Of a stretch of 64,000 nt of DNA, positions 8,815 to 18,102 are shown one piece after another. This DNA is from a virus: the IMG/VR virus record IMGVR_UViG_3300028902_000368. One strand, 5' to 3'. The notes beneath the pieces were generated by a model. It was not told the origin of the DNA, ran no database searches, and saw nothing but the letters and a program-made list of their open reading frames with translations. Each line of letters begins with the position of its first letter. Position 1 is the stretch's first letter. Both the position numbers and the translations under genes were made by a program.

Positions 8815-9331
8815 CCGTCTCCGTCTCCCTCTCTCGGTCGGCCGTCTCTCGATCGGCCGTCTTTCGGTACTCGGTGAGGACGCGCAGCAGGCGCGTCTCT
8901 TCTTCGTCGGAGAGTTCCCCGACGGTCACCAGCTTGCGGGGCGTCTCCTCTTCCTCTTCGGCGGCCGCTTCCTGTGCCTGCTCGTCGCTCTCGTCGTCGA
9001 AGTCGAACTCGAGGCGGCGGGGTGGCGGCATCGTTCGGGCGGGCGGTGGGGGAGGAGGTGCTCTCTTGCGCCGCTTCGCCTCCGGGACCGCGGGCACGGT
9101 CGGCGGTGGGGGAGGGGGCGGCCGAGCGGGGGCGGCGAGCGCAGGATCGACGATCCGGATGTGCTCGTGGAGGAGGTAGTGGATCTTCTTCTGCTCTCGC
9201 AGGCGCCGGAGCACGCTCCTGATGGTTTCCACCTTGGTCCCCCACTCCTCTGCGGACTGCGCGATGTGCGCGATGCCGCCGTGGATGCGTACGTGCGCCA
9301 GGATCTGGCTCTGCAAGTCACTGGCGGCCAT
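8804..9331 (-). CDS. Putative HTH DNA-binding protein with Pro-rich/acidic tail
   Basis: IAQSAEEWGTKVETIRSVLRRLREQKKI is winged-HTH-like. Confidence 0.55.
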   Translation of the reverse strand: MAASDLQSQILAHVRIHGGIAHIAQSAEEWGTKVETIRSVLRRLREQKKIHYLLHEHIRIVDPALAAPARPPPPPPPTVPAVPEAKRRKRAPPPPPPARTMPPPRRLEFDFDDESDEQAQEAAAEEEEETPRKLVTVGELSDEEETRLLRVLTEYRKTADRETADRERETETDGT

Positions 9332-9403
9332 GGGTCAGCCTACCATGGTCCGCACAGGTCCGTCACGGTGGCTCTTTCGGCCCATGTCTGGTACCATCGC
9401 CGC

Positions 9404-9721
9404 ATGGAATCACCGCCCCCGCCTCCCGCACCCGCCAAGAAACCCATCGAGTTCCTGATCGCCGACGCGGTCCAGTCCGCGACCACGATCAAGGGCATGC
9501 TCTCCGAGTCGGGTCTCCTCTACAAGACCTGCGTCCAGGCGGCCGAGCTGTGCAACCGGCGCCTGACCCACGCCATCTTCGTGCAGCTCACGGCCACCGA
9601 AATCTGCCAGCTGATCGACGCCAGCGTCGCCCTGACGATCGCCAGCATCGTCGTCGACAAGCCCGCCCTCCCCTCCATCATCTCGAACGCCCCCCGCATC
9701 CGCGAGGAGACCGAGAACTGA
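9404..9721 (+). CDS. Hypothetical protein
   Basis: GC3-rich frame; divergent from the upstream gene. Confidence 0.65.
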   Translation: MESPPPPPAPAKKPIEFLIADAVQSATTIKGMLSESGLLYKTCVQAAELCNRRLTHAIFVQLTATEICQLIDASVALTIASIVVDKPALPSIISNAPRIREETEN

Positions 9722-9722
9722 G

Positions 9723-10361
9723 ATGGGCGGGAAGCACGACCCCAGCTACAAGCTGGTCGTGGACCCACGGATCCGCGCCGCACGGGCCACGGCCAACATC
9801 AGCAACCAGATCAAGCTGATCCGGGAGCAGCTCGGTTTCACGCGCAGCGACTGGGCGCCCAAGGTCGGGGTCAAGGTGATGCGGCTGCGCAAGATGGAGC
9901 TTGGGGGCGCCCGGCCATCGCTCAAGATGCTGGCTGCCATCGTGGCGATCGTCGGCAAGCCCGTGTTCGAGGTGTTCGCGGTCGGCGAGGCCGCGCGGGA
10001 AAAGGCCGAACTCGCGATCGCCGCGAGCACCGCTCCACCGCCACGCAAGAGCGCCACCCCTCGCAAGAAGCCCGGCAGCCGCGGGCCCGCACGGGTCGCG
10101 CCTCCACCCGGGCCGCCTGCCGAGGTGGTCGAGGTGGTGTCCGACGGGCCCCGGGCCGTGACGCTCGAGGACCTCATCCCCGCCGACCTCCGCATCAACC
10201 TGTTGGCGCCCCCAGTGACCCATGGCGCGCATCTCGCCACCGCGCAGGCACCCGGACGGCGGACGTTCTCGGCGACCGGTCCGACGGCGGCCGCCGCGCT
10301 CGCGGCCGCGATCGCACAGGCGCAGACCGACCGCTCGCGCCTCGCCAAGGTCAACGCATGA
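9723..10361 (+). CDS. XRE-family HTH transcriptional regulator
   Basis: IKLIREQLGFTRSDWAPKVGV...LRKMELGGARPSLKMLAAI. Confidence 0.75.
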   Translation: MGGKHDPSYKLVVDPRIRAARATANISNQIKLIREQLGFTRSDWAPKVGVKVMRLRKMELGGARPSLKMLAAIVAIVGKPVFEVFAVGEAAREKAELAIAASTAPPPRKSATPRKKPGSRGPARVAPPPGPPAEVVEVVSDGPRAVTLEDLIPADLRINLLAPPVTHGAHLATAQAPGRRTFSATGPTAAAALAAAIAQAQTDRSRLAKVNA

Positions 10362-10681
10362 CCCTCGACGAAATCCTCGCCGCCATCCCCACGCTCTCGG
10401 GAGACGACGTCGCCATCGTTCGCGACAGCCTCCCGCCCACGGCCTCGCCGTGGTCCGAGCCCAAGGGCTCGTTGCGCTCTGTCCGCGGGCGGACTCTGGA
10501 CGACCCTCAGGTCTGGTGTGCTGCCGTCTTCCCACTGGACGACGGCCGGTGGTGTGCGCGGGTTCGCTCGTTGAACGGTCCGGCGGTCGAGTGCGTGCGC
10601 GACTCCGAGGCCGACGCGAGGGTTTGGTGCGACCAGCGCCTGGCCGATGACGGGATCGCGCTCCGCACGAAGACCGGCTAA
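10358..10681 (+). CDS. Hypothetical protein
   Basis: ATGA overlap. Confidence 0.6.
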   Translation: MTLDEILAAIPTLSGDDVAIVRDSLPPTASPWSEPKGSLRSVRGRTLDDPQVWCAAVFPLDDGRWCARVRSLNGPAVECVRDSEADARVWCDQRLADDGIALRTKTG

Positions 10682-10690
10682 CCTCGGCGG

Positions 10691-11104
10691 GTGGCCACGG
10701 TCCGGAAGAAGCGTTCGCGCAAGCGGCGGCGGGGGGCGCGCCGGTCGACCGTGCGCGCCGTGCGCCCCACCCGGCTCGCGGTCGCCGAGATCCCCGCCGG
10801 GGTCTCCAAGGCGGCCGCGGACGGCCTCCGCCTCGTGGACGAAGGGTTCGGAGGGGCAGGGCTGACGGAGGGCGCGCTCGATCGCGCGCGGGCGCTCGCG
10901 CGTGGCGGTAGCATCCCGCGCGAGACCCTCCGCATGATGCGAAACTGGTTCCGTCGCCACCAGGTAGACCATCGGCCGGGCTGGGACCGGGATCACACCC
11001 ACGGTTGGGTCGCGTGGCAGCTCTGGGGCGGCCACGCAGGCTGGCGCTGGGCCGAGCGGCTCGAGGGGGACCCTCCGTGGACGATCCCGGCCTGGGCATC
11101 GTAG
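10691..11104 (+). CDS. Phage protein with AWxLWGG domain and basic N-terminus
   Basis: RARALARG...RMMRNWFRRH...GWVAWQLWGGHAGWRWA, a motif seen in phage head-region proteins. Confidence 0.65.
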   Translation: MATVRKKRSRKRRRGARRSTVRAVRPTRLAVAEIPAGVSKAAADGLRLVDEGFGGAGLTEGALDRARALARGGSIPRETLRMMRNWFRRHQVDHRPGWDRDHTHGWVAWQLWGGHAGWRWAERLEGDPPWTIPAWAS

Positions 11105-11113
11105 GATGGTCCG

Positions 11114-11620
11114 GTGACCCGCTTCGACGAGCTCTCTGCCCTCGGCGTCCAGGTGGCGGCCGACGCCAAGATCGACTCCATGGTCGTCACCGCACTCGCG
11201 GCTGTCGGGCTCACGATGCCGTTGCTCCAGAAGCTGGTCGTGCATCACCCCGTGGGGTGCGCATGCGCGAACTGTGACCCTCAGGCGACCAGGACACCGT
11301 TCCGGGTTGACCGTGAGCTGTGGCTCGACCTCGTGCGACGCTGGGCGCCTCGCGGCCGCCCGTCCATCGCAATGGGGTCGCACCACTACCACCTGTCGGT
11401 CTCCCCAGTGGACGCCGACCGCGCCCAGATGGCGCTCGCCGAGGCGGGCGACCACCTCGAGCGGCAGGTGCTGGTGGACGGACTCTACGACGAGCTGACC
11501 GAGGCGAACCCCGAGCTGGCGACCATCCCGACTCGTGACCCACGCGCACGACACTGGGTCGTCGTGGGGGCACTGTCTGGCCTCGGCCCTGCCGAGATTC
11601 GCGACTTCGTCAGCGGCTGA
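11114..11620 (+). CDS. Hypothetical protein (HPxxCxCxxC motif)
   Basis: ORF immediately left of the repeat region. Confidence 0.6.
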   Translation: MTRFDELSALGVQVAADAKIDSMVVTALAAVGLTMPLLQKLVVHHPVGCACANCDPQATRTPFRVDRELWLDLVRRWAPRGRPSIAMGSHHYHLSVSPVDADRAQMALAEAGDHLERQVLVDGLYDELTEANPELATIPTRDPRARHWVVVGALSGLGPAEIRDFVSG

Positions 11621-11639
11621 GCGCTGCGGAGACACGAGG

Positions 11640-12279
11640 CTACGACCTGCGGGGTCTTGTGAATCAGGCCGCGGTCTAGCCCGCCAAGCCGTGATTCGTC
11701 CACCTGCCATGTGCTTGATACTGGTGCCCTGCCTAGCGGTCACGTACAACCTGCGCGCGCGTGTCCTGCTCGCAACGCCTTGGCGGGTCCTGCACGTATC
11801 GGCGAACTGGCCCGGACCCCTGCTGTGTACCGCACGTGCGTAGAACCTCAGGCCCGCTCGCCCAAGATCCGTGACTCCGTCACCTGCGCTTCGAGCTCCG
11901 GGGTCAGCGGTCCCTGCGGTAGTGCGCCTTCGCCCTGAGAACCCCACACACGCAGATCGGATTGGCCTGGCCGTTGCGCCTGCATCTACAGGAACCCGCG
12001 ACCCCTGACGCAGAGCCCTTGGGCGACCCAGCATGTGCGCGACGACCCTGCGCGAATCTTCGTGAGGCAAGATAGCCTGAGCGGACACCCTACGATCGAC
12101 ACACAATCGGAGGTGGACTGCATCGCGACGTCCTGACGATCCTCCACAAGGCTATCCCGGCGGGGCTCCTGCGGTCATCCATCGAAGCGTCCCCTCCCTG
12201 ACCAGGCCGCTACCCTAGACGTACTCCTGAACGAACGCAGCCCAACAACGCTATGGCGTTTTTCCGCAGAGCCAGTGGG
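11640..12279. repeat. Eroded trailer of the CRISPR-like array (CCTG-periodic relic)
   Basis: 19 CCTG on + versus 4 CAGG in about 600 nt; includes decayed repeats such as CCTGAGAACCCCACACACGCAG (11934) and CCTGAACGAACGCAG (12226). Confidence 0.6.
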
Positions 12280-13459
12280 CCTGAACCAATCCACACACCG
12301 CGCAGGCCGCTAAAAACTCCAGGGGTGTTCGCCATTGAGCCTGACCGTAAACCATCGCGCTCGAGGCCTGAACGAATCCACATGGGGCGAAGGCGGGCTC
12401 ACGTCGCGCCACCTGAACGAAATCCACACACCACGCACCCCGAAGTCCAGAGCCTATTCGTGGACGCCCTCCTGCGTCGTGCGTCGTGATCGAGCCGTCG
12501 GTGGCCCGCCAGCCTGAACGAATCCACACACCACGCAGGCCACTCAGCAGTCGAGCTGGGTACTGTGTCAGGTGTCGTGCCTGAACAAATCCACACACCA
12601 CGCAAGAGGACCGGCATCGTGCACGCAGTTCCTGAACGACAGCGACGGCATGACCCTGAACCACGCAGGCCGCTCAACCGACAGCGCGGGCCTGCGAACG
12701 AGCGTGAAGTTCGAGCCTGAACGAATCCACACACCACGCAGGCTGCCTGAACGAATCCACACACCACGCAGGCCGCTCAACATGCCATCGACTTCACGCG
12801 GGGCTCGCAGCCGCTCCCCCTGAACGAATCCACACACCACGCAGGCCGCTCAACCGGCGAGTTTCGTGCGGACGCTGGCCAAGAGCGCGAACCTGAATCC
12901 GCCGCACACCACGCAGGCCGCTCACTGGGAACCGGACGCCATACACGAGAAGGCCCCTGAGCGAATCCACACACCACGCAGGCAATGGTTGACGAGGTGA
13001 CCGAGTGGCCCTGAACGAATCCACACACCATGCAGGCCGCTCAACCCGCGAGCTGGTCTAGGTCATGGCCCTGAACGAATCCACAACCGCGCAGGCCGCG
13101 ACCTAGAAGAACTGTCGGCCTTCCCCCCTGAACGAGCTTCGTTCGCGCAGAGCCCTGAGCGAATCCACACCACGCGAGAAGCTGGTCGACGATGTGATCG
13201 CCCTGAACGAATCCACACAACGCGGGCCGCTCAAACGAATCCACAGCGCAGGCCGCGACCCAGAAGAGCTGTCGGGCCCTGAACGAATCCACACACCACG
13301 CAGGCCGCTCAACCAAGCGGCGAGCGGACCTTCCGCACCGGACCCCAGGTCCTGAACGAATCCACACCCCACGCAGGCCGCTCAACGGAACGGGTGGGCG
13401 TACGCTGGGTGCTGGTCTGCGCGCCTGAACGAATCCACACACCACGCAGGCCGCTCAAC
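12280..13459. CRISPR. Degenerate CRISPR-like array without cas genes; repeat CCTGAACGAATCCACACACCACGCAGGCCGCTCAAC (36 nt)
   Basis: About 20 full or partial repeats; intact or near-intact copies at 12513, 12746, 12819, 13010, 13278, 13351 and 13424; four intervals have exactly 37-nt unique spacers. Confidence 0.8.
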
Positions 13460-13640
13460 AGGTAACCGAATCACATCAGCAATGTTGTGGGCTTACGTCT
13501 CGCATTGCGAGAGGTCCATCCGAAGATGGTTCTCGAGTGCCGTGAACCACGACCTCGAGTTACGGCGACCGCAGTTCGCCGACAGAGATCACTAGTAGAT
13601 CACGCTCTACCAACGCGCAAGGGTCATTGCGAGCGCCGCC

Positions 13641-13934
13641 TCACTTTTTCGGATCACCGGCGTTCTCGCATGGTCCACAACTACCCATATGTGCCACCTG
13701 GCAACCGGCGCACACGGGCCGCTCGATGGGGTCGCCGCGACGCACGTTGCCTCGGCGGTCCTCTGCCCAGACGCCAACCTTGCAAAGGTCACGACGCACC
13801 GCCGTGGCTCCACAGAAGAAGCACGGGCGAGCGGTGCTGCGCTCGTGGTCGAGCGTCACCCGCGCTCCCGCCCGCTCGAGCAGCCTCGCCAGTCGCTCGA
13901 TGGGCGAGTCGCCCTCTTCCTCCCCGTTCCCCAC
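13641..13934 (-). CDS. Small zinc-finger protein
   Basis: CFFC, CAGC and CGPC motifs. Confidence 0.55.
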   Translation of the reverse strand: MGNGEEEGDSPIERLARLLERAGARVTLDHERSTARPCFFCGATAVRRDLCKVGVWAEDRRGNVRRGDPIERPVCAGCQVAHMGSCGPCENAGDPKK

Positions 13935-13937
13935 GAC

Positions 13938-14606
13938 TCAGTCGACGTTCGAGAGGCCACCCATCAGGCGACGGAACAGCGAGACCGACTGCGACGGAGG
14001 CGTCGCCTCGATCGCCTTTTCCATCTTGGCGACGTCGCGCGCGATCGCCTGCGTCTCCACGGCCGGACTCGGAGGCGCGCCCTCCATCGCAGAGCGACGC
14101 TGCACCTCGGCCAGCTGCTGGCGGAGCTTCTCGGCCACCCGAGCCTGACGCGCGAACTCGTCCTGAGCTCCACCGAAGCGGCCGAGCGCGGTCACCACCG
14201 GCGCTGGGAGCTGCCCACGGGTCCACTTGACAAGCGCATCCTCCGCCGCGGCCGCCTGCTCGGGCGAGACTGGACGGCCTTCGGCGGCCGCCGCCATCTG
14301 CTCGACCTCGGCGACTTCTTCCGCGATGGTGCCGATCAGACGGCGCATCTCGTTCGCGTCGTGCTTCGCGGAGGCGATCGCCACCTCCGTCCGCTCCGTG
14401 ATCTCCTCGATCGTCTTCAAGCGACGCTTCGGAGCTGCCCCACCCTTGTGGCCCGCTCGGACCGCCGTCTCGTGGTCGAACTGGTAGCAGCCGCCCTTCG
14501 CTCGAGCTGCCTTCTGCCCCTTGCTCGCGATCTTCTTGCGCTCCTCGGGGGGCACGCAGGCCAGGCCACGCAACTGCTTGCCATCGGGTCCGACCTTGAA
14601 CGGCAT
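13938..14606 (-). CDS. KGG-repeat (stress-induced motif) protein with coiled coil
   Basis: RGLACVPPEERKKIASKGQKAA...FDHETAVRAGHKGG. Confidence 0.7.
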   Translation of the reverse strand: MPFKVGPDGKQLRGLACVPPEERKKIASKGQKAARAKGGCYQFDHETAVRAGHKGGAAPKRRLKTIEEITERTEVAIASAKHDANEMRRLIGTIAEEVAEVEQMAAAAEGRPVSPEQAAAAEDALVKWTRGQLPAPVVTALGRFGGAQDEFARQARVAEKLRQQLAEVQRRSAMEGAPPSPAVETQAIARDVAKMEKAIEATPPSQSVSLFRRLMGGLSNVD

Positions 14607-14618
14607 CGTGCCCCCAGT

Positions 14619-15071
14619 CTAGCCGATCTCCGCGGCCTTCGCGCGGGACCGCTTCTTCGGCTTCTCGGCGGCCGCGCCCATGGCCCGCGGGTGACCGCGG
14701 CGGGCACGGTTCTCCGGGGGCGTCAGGTGCCACGCGCAGATCCCGAAGAGGTCGCAGCCTGGACACCCGGGCTCTCGGTCGGGGTGGGTCTTGTTGCGCT
14801 CGTACTGGTCGATCATCCACTGCGGCACGTAGGCCGCCTGCCCGTGAGACACCTTCAACGAGGGGTGGAACGCCCACGTGCAGCGGCTCTCCCGCGCCGC
14901 GAGCGTCACCATGCGCGGGTGCAGCGTGCCGTGGGCGAGGTTCGCCTGCTGAACGCGCCGCGCTTCGTCGCCCTGCGCGTGGGCCTTCTCGCACGCGGCG
15001 AGCGCGCGCGACCACGCGAGGACGGTGTCGAGCAGCTCGCGCTCCCCCTCGGTGCAGGTCAGGATCTTCAC
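14619..15071 (-). CDS. Hypothetical protein
   Basis: GTG start with GGAGG RBS; GTGA overlap. Confidence 0.6.
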   Translation of the reverse strand: MKILTCTEGERELLDTVLAWSRALAACEKAHAQGDEARRVQQANLAHGTLHPRMVTLAARESRCTWAFHPSLKVSHGQAAYVPQWMIDQYERNKTHPDREPGCPGCDLFGICAWHLTPPENRARRGHPRAMGAAAEKPKKRSRAKAAEIG

Positions 15072-15607
15072 GACGTCTCGGCCTCCTCCGTCTCCATCTG
15101 CTTGGGCGGACGTTCCGCGGGCTCGAGCATCCGCATGGTGGACAGAGACCGCACCAGCACCACCGCCATCGTCTCGGCAGCCCCGACGGCCCACGTGTGC
15201 AACCGCCCGTCCGTGATCGGGAGCAGCGCGAGACTGCTGACGGCCTTGATGGCCTCCGCCCTCTGCCCGGACGCCATCTCGCTCCCGTCACCCCACAACT
15301 CGTGCGCACGGCGCAGCTTCCAGACGATGTCGTCGCAGCGCGCGATGTCGTGCAGGATTGCGTAGATCGCCCGCGCGCGGCCCACCATGTCCGTCACCGT
15401 GAGGGTCTGCACCAGACGCTCGTGCTGTGACGCAACGTGCCTGCTCACTTCGTTGATCGTCAGCTCAAGCATCGCGGGCATGAGGCTGCGGAGCTGTGGG
15501 CTCTCGTCTGCCCCCTGCGCCGCCACGTTGCGGAGGGCTTCCGGGAAGGTCAGCCCCACCGACACAGCCAGCGTCTCGATGTTCGGAGTGAGGTAGATCG
15601 CTCTCAT
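15068..15607 (-). CDS. Hypothetical protein
   Basis: ATGA overlap with the methylase gene. Confidence 0.65.
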   Translation of the reverse strand: MRAIYLTPNIETLAVSVGLTFPEALRNVAAQGADESPQLRSLMPAMLELTINEVSRHVASQHERLVQTLTVTDMVGRARAIYAILHDIARCDDIVWKLRRAHELWGDGSEMASGQRAEAIKAVSSLALLPITDGRLHTWAVGAAETMAVVLVRSLSTMRMLEPAERPPKQMETEEAETS

Positions 15608-16515
15608 AGGAATCCTTGGAACAGGGTGGGCTGACGGTTGCCGAGACAGTGAGGGGAGAGCCAGAGGCACTCGCTCTGGCCGTTCGAGCGGACGCCGCGG
15701 GAACCGTTCTTCGCCGACCAGAGGACCTTGCGCCAGCCCGTAGGCATCTCGTGGTCGCTCTCGAGCCCGCAGAGCACGATGCGCAGGCGGCGGTCTTCCC
15801 CGCGTTCGACTGCCCACTTCCGGACGTCCTCCGCCAGCGCGCCGCCCACGCCTCCGGCCGCGTAGTCCATGTCCCCCTTCGCGTAGGGAGGGTCCAAGAG
15901 CACACCGACGGTCGTCGCCGCACCGTTCTGCTGGCAGAAGAGGACGCTGTCCGTGACCACGCGCGTCCAGTCCCCGCACGCCACCCGAACCGGGCGCAGG
16001 CGCGCTTGGAGGTCGGAGAACCACTGGACGAGCTCGCTGCGTCCCGTCCGCTTGCGGAGCACCCCGTTCTGGGAGGCGAGCTTGGGCAGCTGGCGGCGCG
16101 GCTTCTTCCCGTCGCACCACGTACCACCGATCCACTGGCAGAGCCCCCAGACCCACCACGCCGCCGCCGTGACGTCGTAGAAGTGCGGGTCGGTCATCAC
16201 CTCCTCGCGGATCGCCTCGTGACGCTCGTGGAGGCGCAGGTGCCGCGCATGGAGGTCGGCCTCGTTCACGGGCCAGTCGACCTTCTTCGCCAGCTCCTCG
16301 GGGTTGGCTGCCGCGGCCCGCCAGAAGTTCGCGATCAGCGCGTCCTTGTCGTTGACCGTCTCGATGACCCCCGGACCCCCTGGACGACCCAGCAGGGTCG
16401 CGAGAGACCCGGCGAAGGGCTCGACGTAGTGCCCCACGTTGGCGCCCAGCGCGTCCCAGATCGCCGGGGCCGCCAGCGACTTGCCTCCGTACCAGGGGAA
16501 GGGCGCGTCGATCAT
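15604..16515 (-). CDS. Dam-like (D12 class) DNA adenine methyltransferase
   Basis: PFPWYGGKS, YVEPFAGS, VND and DPPY motifs. Confidence 0.9.
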   Translation of the reverse strand: MIDAPFPWYGGKSLAAPAIWDALGANVGHYVEPFAGSLATLLGRPGGPGVIETVNDKDALIANFWRAAAANPEELAKKVDWPVNEADLHARHLRLHERHEAIREEVMTDPHFYDVTAAAWWVWGLCQWIGGTWCDGKKPRRQLPKLASQNGVLRKRTGRSELVQWFSDLQARLRPVRVACGDWTRVVTDSVLFCQQNGAATTVGVLLDPPYAKGDMDYAAGGVGGALAEDVRKWAVERGEDRRLRIVLCGLESDHEMPTGWRKVLWSAKNGSRGVRSNGQSECLWLSPHCLGNRQPTLFQGFL

Positions 16516-16964
16516 CGGATCGAGGCCGTGGGCCACGGTTCGAGCGCGAGAGTGAGCCACACCTCGTCGACCAGCTGCTGCTTGAGGTCGCCGTGCCGAC
16601 TCGAGGGAACCAGCGCGAACGGAGGTCCGACGGGCGCATCGGTCCGTGCCTCCACGAAAACCGTCGCGTGCGGGATGATCATCGGGTAGGGCGGCCGTGC
16701 GCGATGCTCGATCTGGATCTTGGTGCAGAGCCACCAACCGTTCTCCATGGCGATCTTCGCGAGCTGGTCGAGCTTCGGGAAGTAGAGCTGGTGCGCCCAC
16801 TTCTTGAACCACTCGCGCATGTCCTCGAGCGCGTCTTCGACGTTCGCGTAGTAGGTCCCGACGGGACACTCCTCCTTCGCCTCGAGACAGGCGTTGCGCA
16901 GAATGCGGTGGGGGTCACGGGCCACCCACGCGGCCGCCTTCGTACCGATGGTCTCCTCCGGCAT
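16512..16964 (-). CDS. Hypothetical protein
   Basis: ATGA overlap with the methylase. Confidence 0.65.
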   Translation of the reverse strand: MPEETIGTKAAAWVARDPHRILRNACLEAKEECPVGTYYANVEDALEDMREWFKKWAHQLYFPKLDQLAKIAMENGWWLCTKIQIEHRARPPYPMIIPHATVFVEARTDAPVGPPFALVPSSRHGDLKQQLVDEVWLTLALEPWPTASIR

Positions 16965-16967
16965 CGC

Positions 16968-17228
16968 CTACTTTCCTCCGTAGATCAGCGTGGGCTGAAC
17001 GACGTGCTTCGCGGCCTCGTGCTCCCGGAGGAACTCCTCGAGACCGTCCTTGTCCGCCTCGGACAGCGCCTCGCTCAGCGAGGTCACGTCCTCGACGATC
17101 TCGATGTCCGCAGGCAGCTCCCCGTAGGCCGACTCCCCGCAGTCGCAGCGGAAGCCGAACATCGGGGGGACGCGGGCGGCGGCGGAGGTGCGGATCGGCT
17201 CCTCGTAGATGAAGAGCCGGTTCTGCAT
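16968..17228 (-). CDS. Hypothetical protein
   Basis: FRCDCG motif; acidic. Confidence 0.55.
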   Translation of the reverse strand: MQNRLFIYEEPIRTSAAARVPPMFGFRCDCGESAYGELPADIEIVEDVTSLSEALSEADKDGLEEFLREHEAAKHVVQPTLIYGGK

Positions 17229-17232
17229 CAGG

Positions 17233-18069
17233 CTACGCGGGCGAGGCATTGTCGCCCTGCTGCGTGGCCCGCCGCCGCTGCTCGAGGATCTCGCCGTAGT
17301 GGTTGGCGAAGTCCTCGATCGCGTGCTCGTAGTCGATGCCCATCTCGAGGGCCGCGTGGGCGGCGCCGGAGAGGAAGCAGATGTAGATCGAGAGCGCGCG
17401 GCGCGGCGGGTTCTCCGGGACCGGCAGGACCGACATCGCCCCCTGGATGGCCTCGTTGATCAGATCGGACTCGTCTTGGACTGCCTCCCACTCCTGCTCT
17501 TGGGGGGTCTTCTCCGCCGGGGCACCCGCCACGATCGGGGCGTTCAGATCGGTGCCGTGTTCGAGGCAGCGCGGCTGGAAGTCGCCCCGCATCATGGTGC
17601 CGTCGGTCATCGTGGCGACGCGACCGAACACTTCCTCACCGAAGGTCAGCGCTTTGCCGCAGACCTCACAGGGGCGCTCGATCTGCATGAGGGTGCGTGC
17701 GAGCCCCGTGCTCTTGACCTCCCGGAAGCCGTCCGACGCGGGGGCGGGCGTCGCGGGGGCGGGAGCCACCGCCGCGGGCGGCTCGGCCGTCGGAGAGGGG
17801 GCGCTCTGCGGGGCCGGCAGCTGGACCTGGTGGCCGTTGATGACCCTCTTCTTGGTGGTGGAGCTCGCGGGGGCGGGCGATGGGGCCTTGGAACGCTTCC
17901 CGGCAGCCTCGGCCACCTTCTTGCCCGCGTTCTTGGGGAGGGGCTTGGCCGACGCCTTCGCCTTGCCCTTGGCCGGGACGGCCTGCGTGGTGGGGGGGGG
18001 CGGGGCGGGCGGCGGCGCCAGCTCGGTCTTGGTCTCGGTCACGGTCTCGGTCTTGGTCTTGCGGGCCAT
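17233..18069 (-). CDS. Hypothetical protein with Lys/Pro/Ala-rich N-terminus and CxxC finger
   Basis: CEVCG...CLEH; GC3-rich frame. Confidence 0.65.
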   Translation of the reverse strand: MARKTKTETVTETKTELAPPPAPPPPTTQAVPAKGKAKASAKPLPKNAGKKVAEAAGKRSKAPSPAPASSTTKKRVINGHQVQLPAPQSAPSPTAEPPAAVAPAPATPAPASDGFREVKSTGLARTLMQIERPCEVCGKALTFGEEVFGRVATMTDGTMMRGDFQPRCLEHGTDLNAPIVAGAPAEKTPQEQEWEAVQDESDLINEAIQGAMSVLPVPENPPRRALSIYICFLSGAAHAALEMGIDYEHAIEDFANHYGEILEQRRRATQQGDNASPA

Positions 18070-18102
18070 CCACGTCTCCTCAGCAGGGGTCTCCTGCGCT
18101 GC

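Noticed and set aside
11644-11670. Possible anti-repeat (tracrRNA) GACCTGCGGGGTCTTGTGAATCAGG
   Set aside because: Only about 15 of 22 positions match the repeat complement, and it lies in the CCTG-rich relic; not distinguishable from chance.
9746-12106. Long minus-strand ORF (786 aa) and many similar long ORFs antisense to called genes
   Set aside because: Shadow ORFs expected at about 70% GC: Arg/Pro/Ala-rich, no motifs, and opposite well-supported genes.
12855-13423. Self-targeting by spacers (12-13-nt matches near 37882 and 51770)
   Set aside because: Matches this short are expected by chance; a proper alignment search is needed.
12251-13445. ORFs with repeated VCGFVQ / LSGLRGVWIRSG / PERIHTPRR peptides
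   Set aside because: They are translations of the 36-nt repeat; 37-nt spacers shift the frame each unit, so no coherent protein results.
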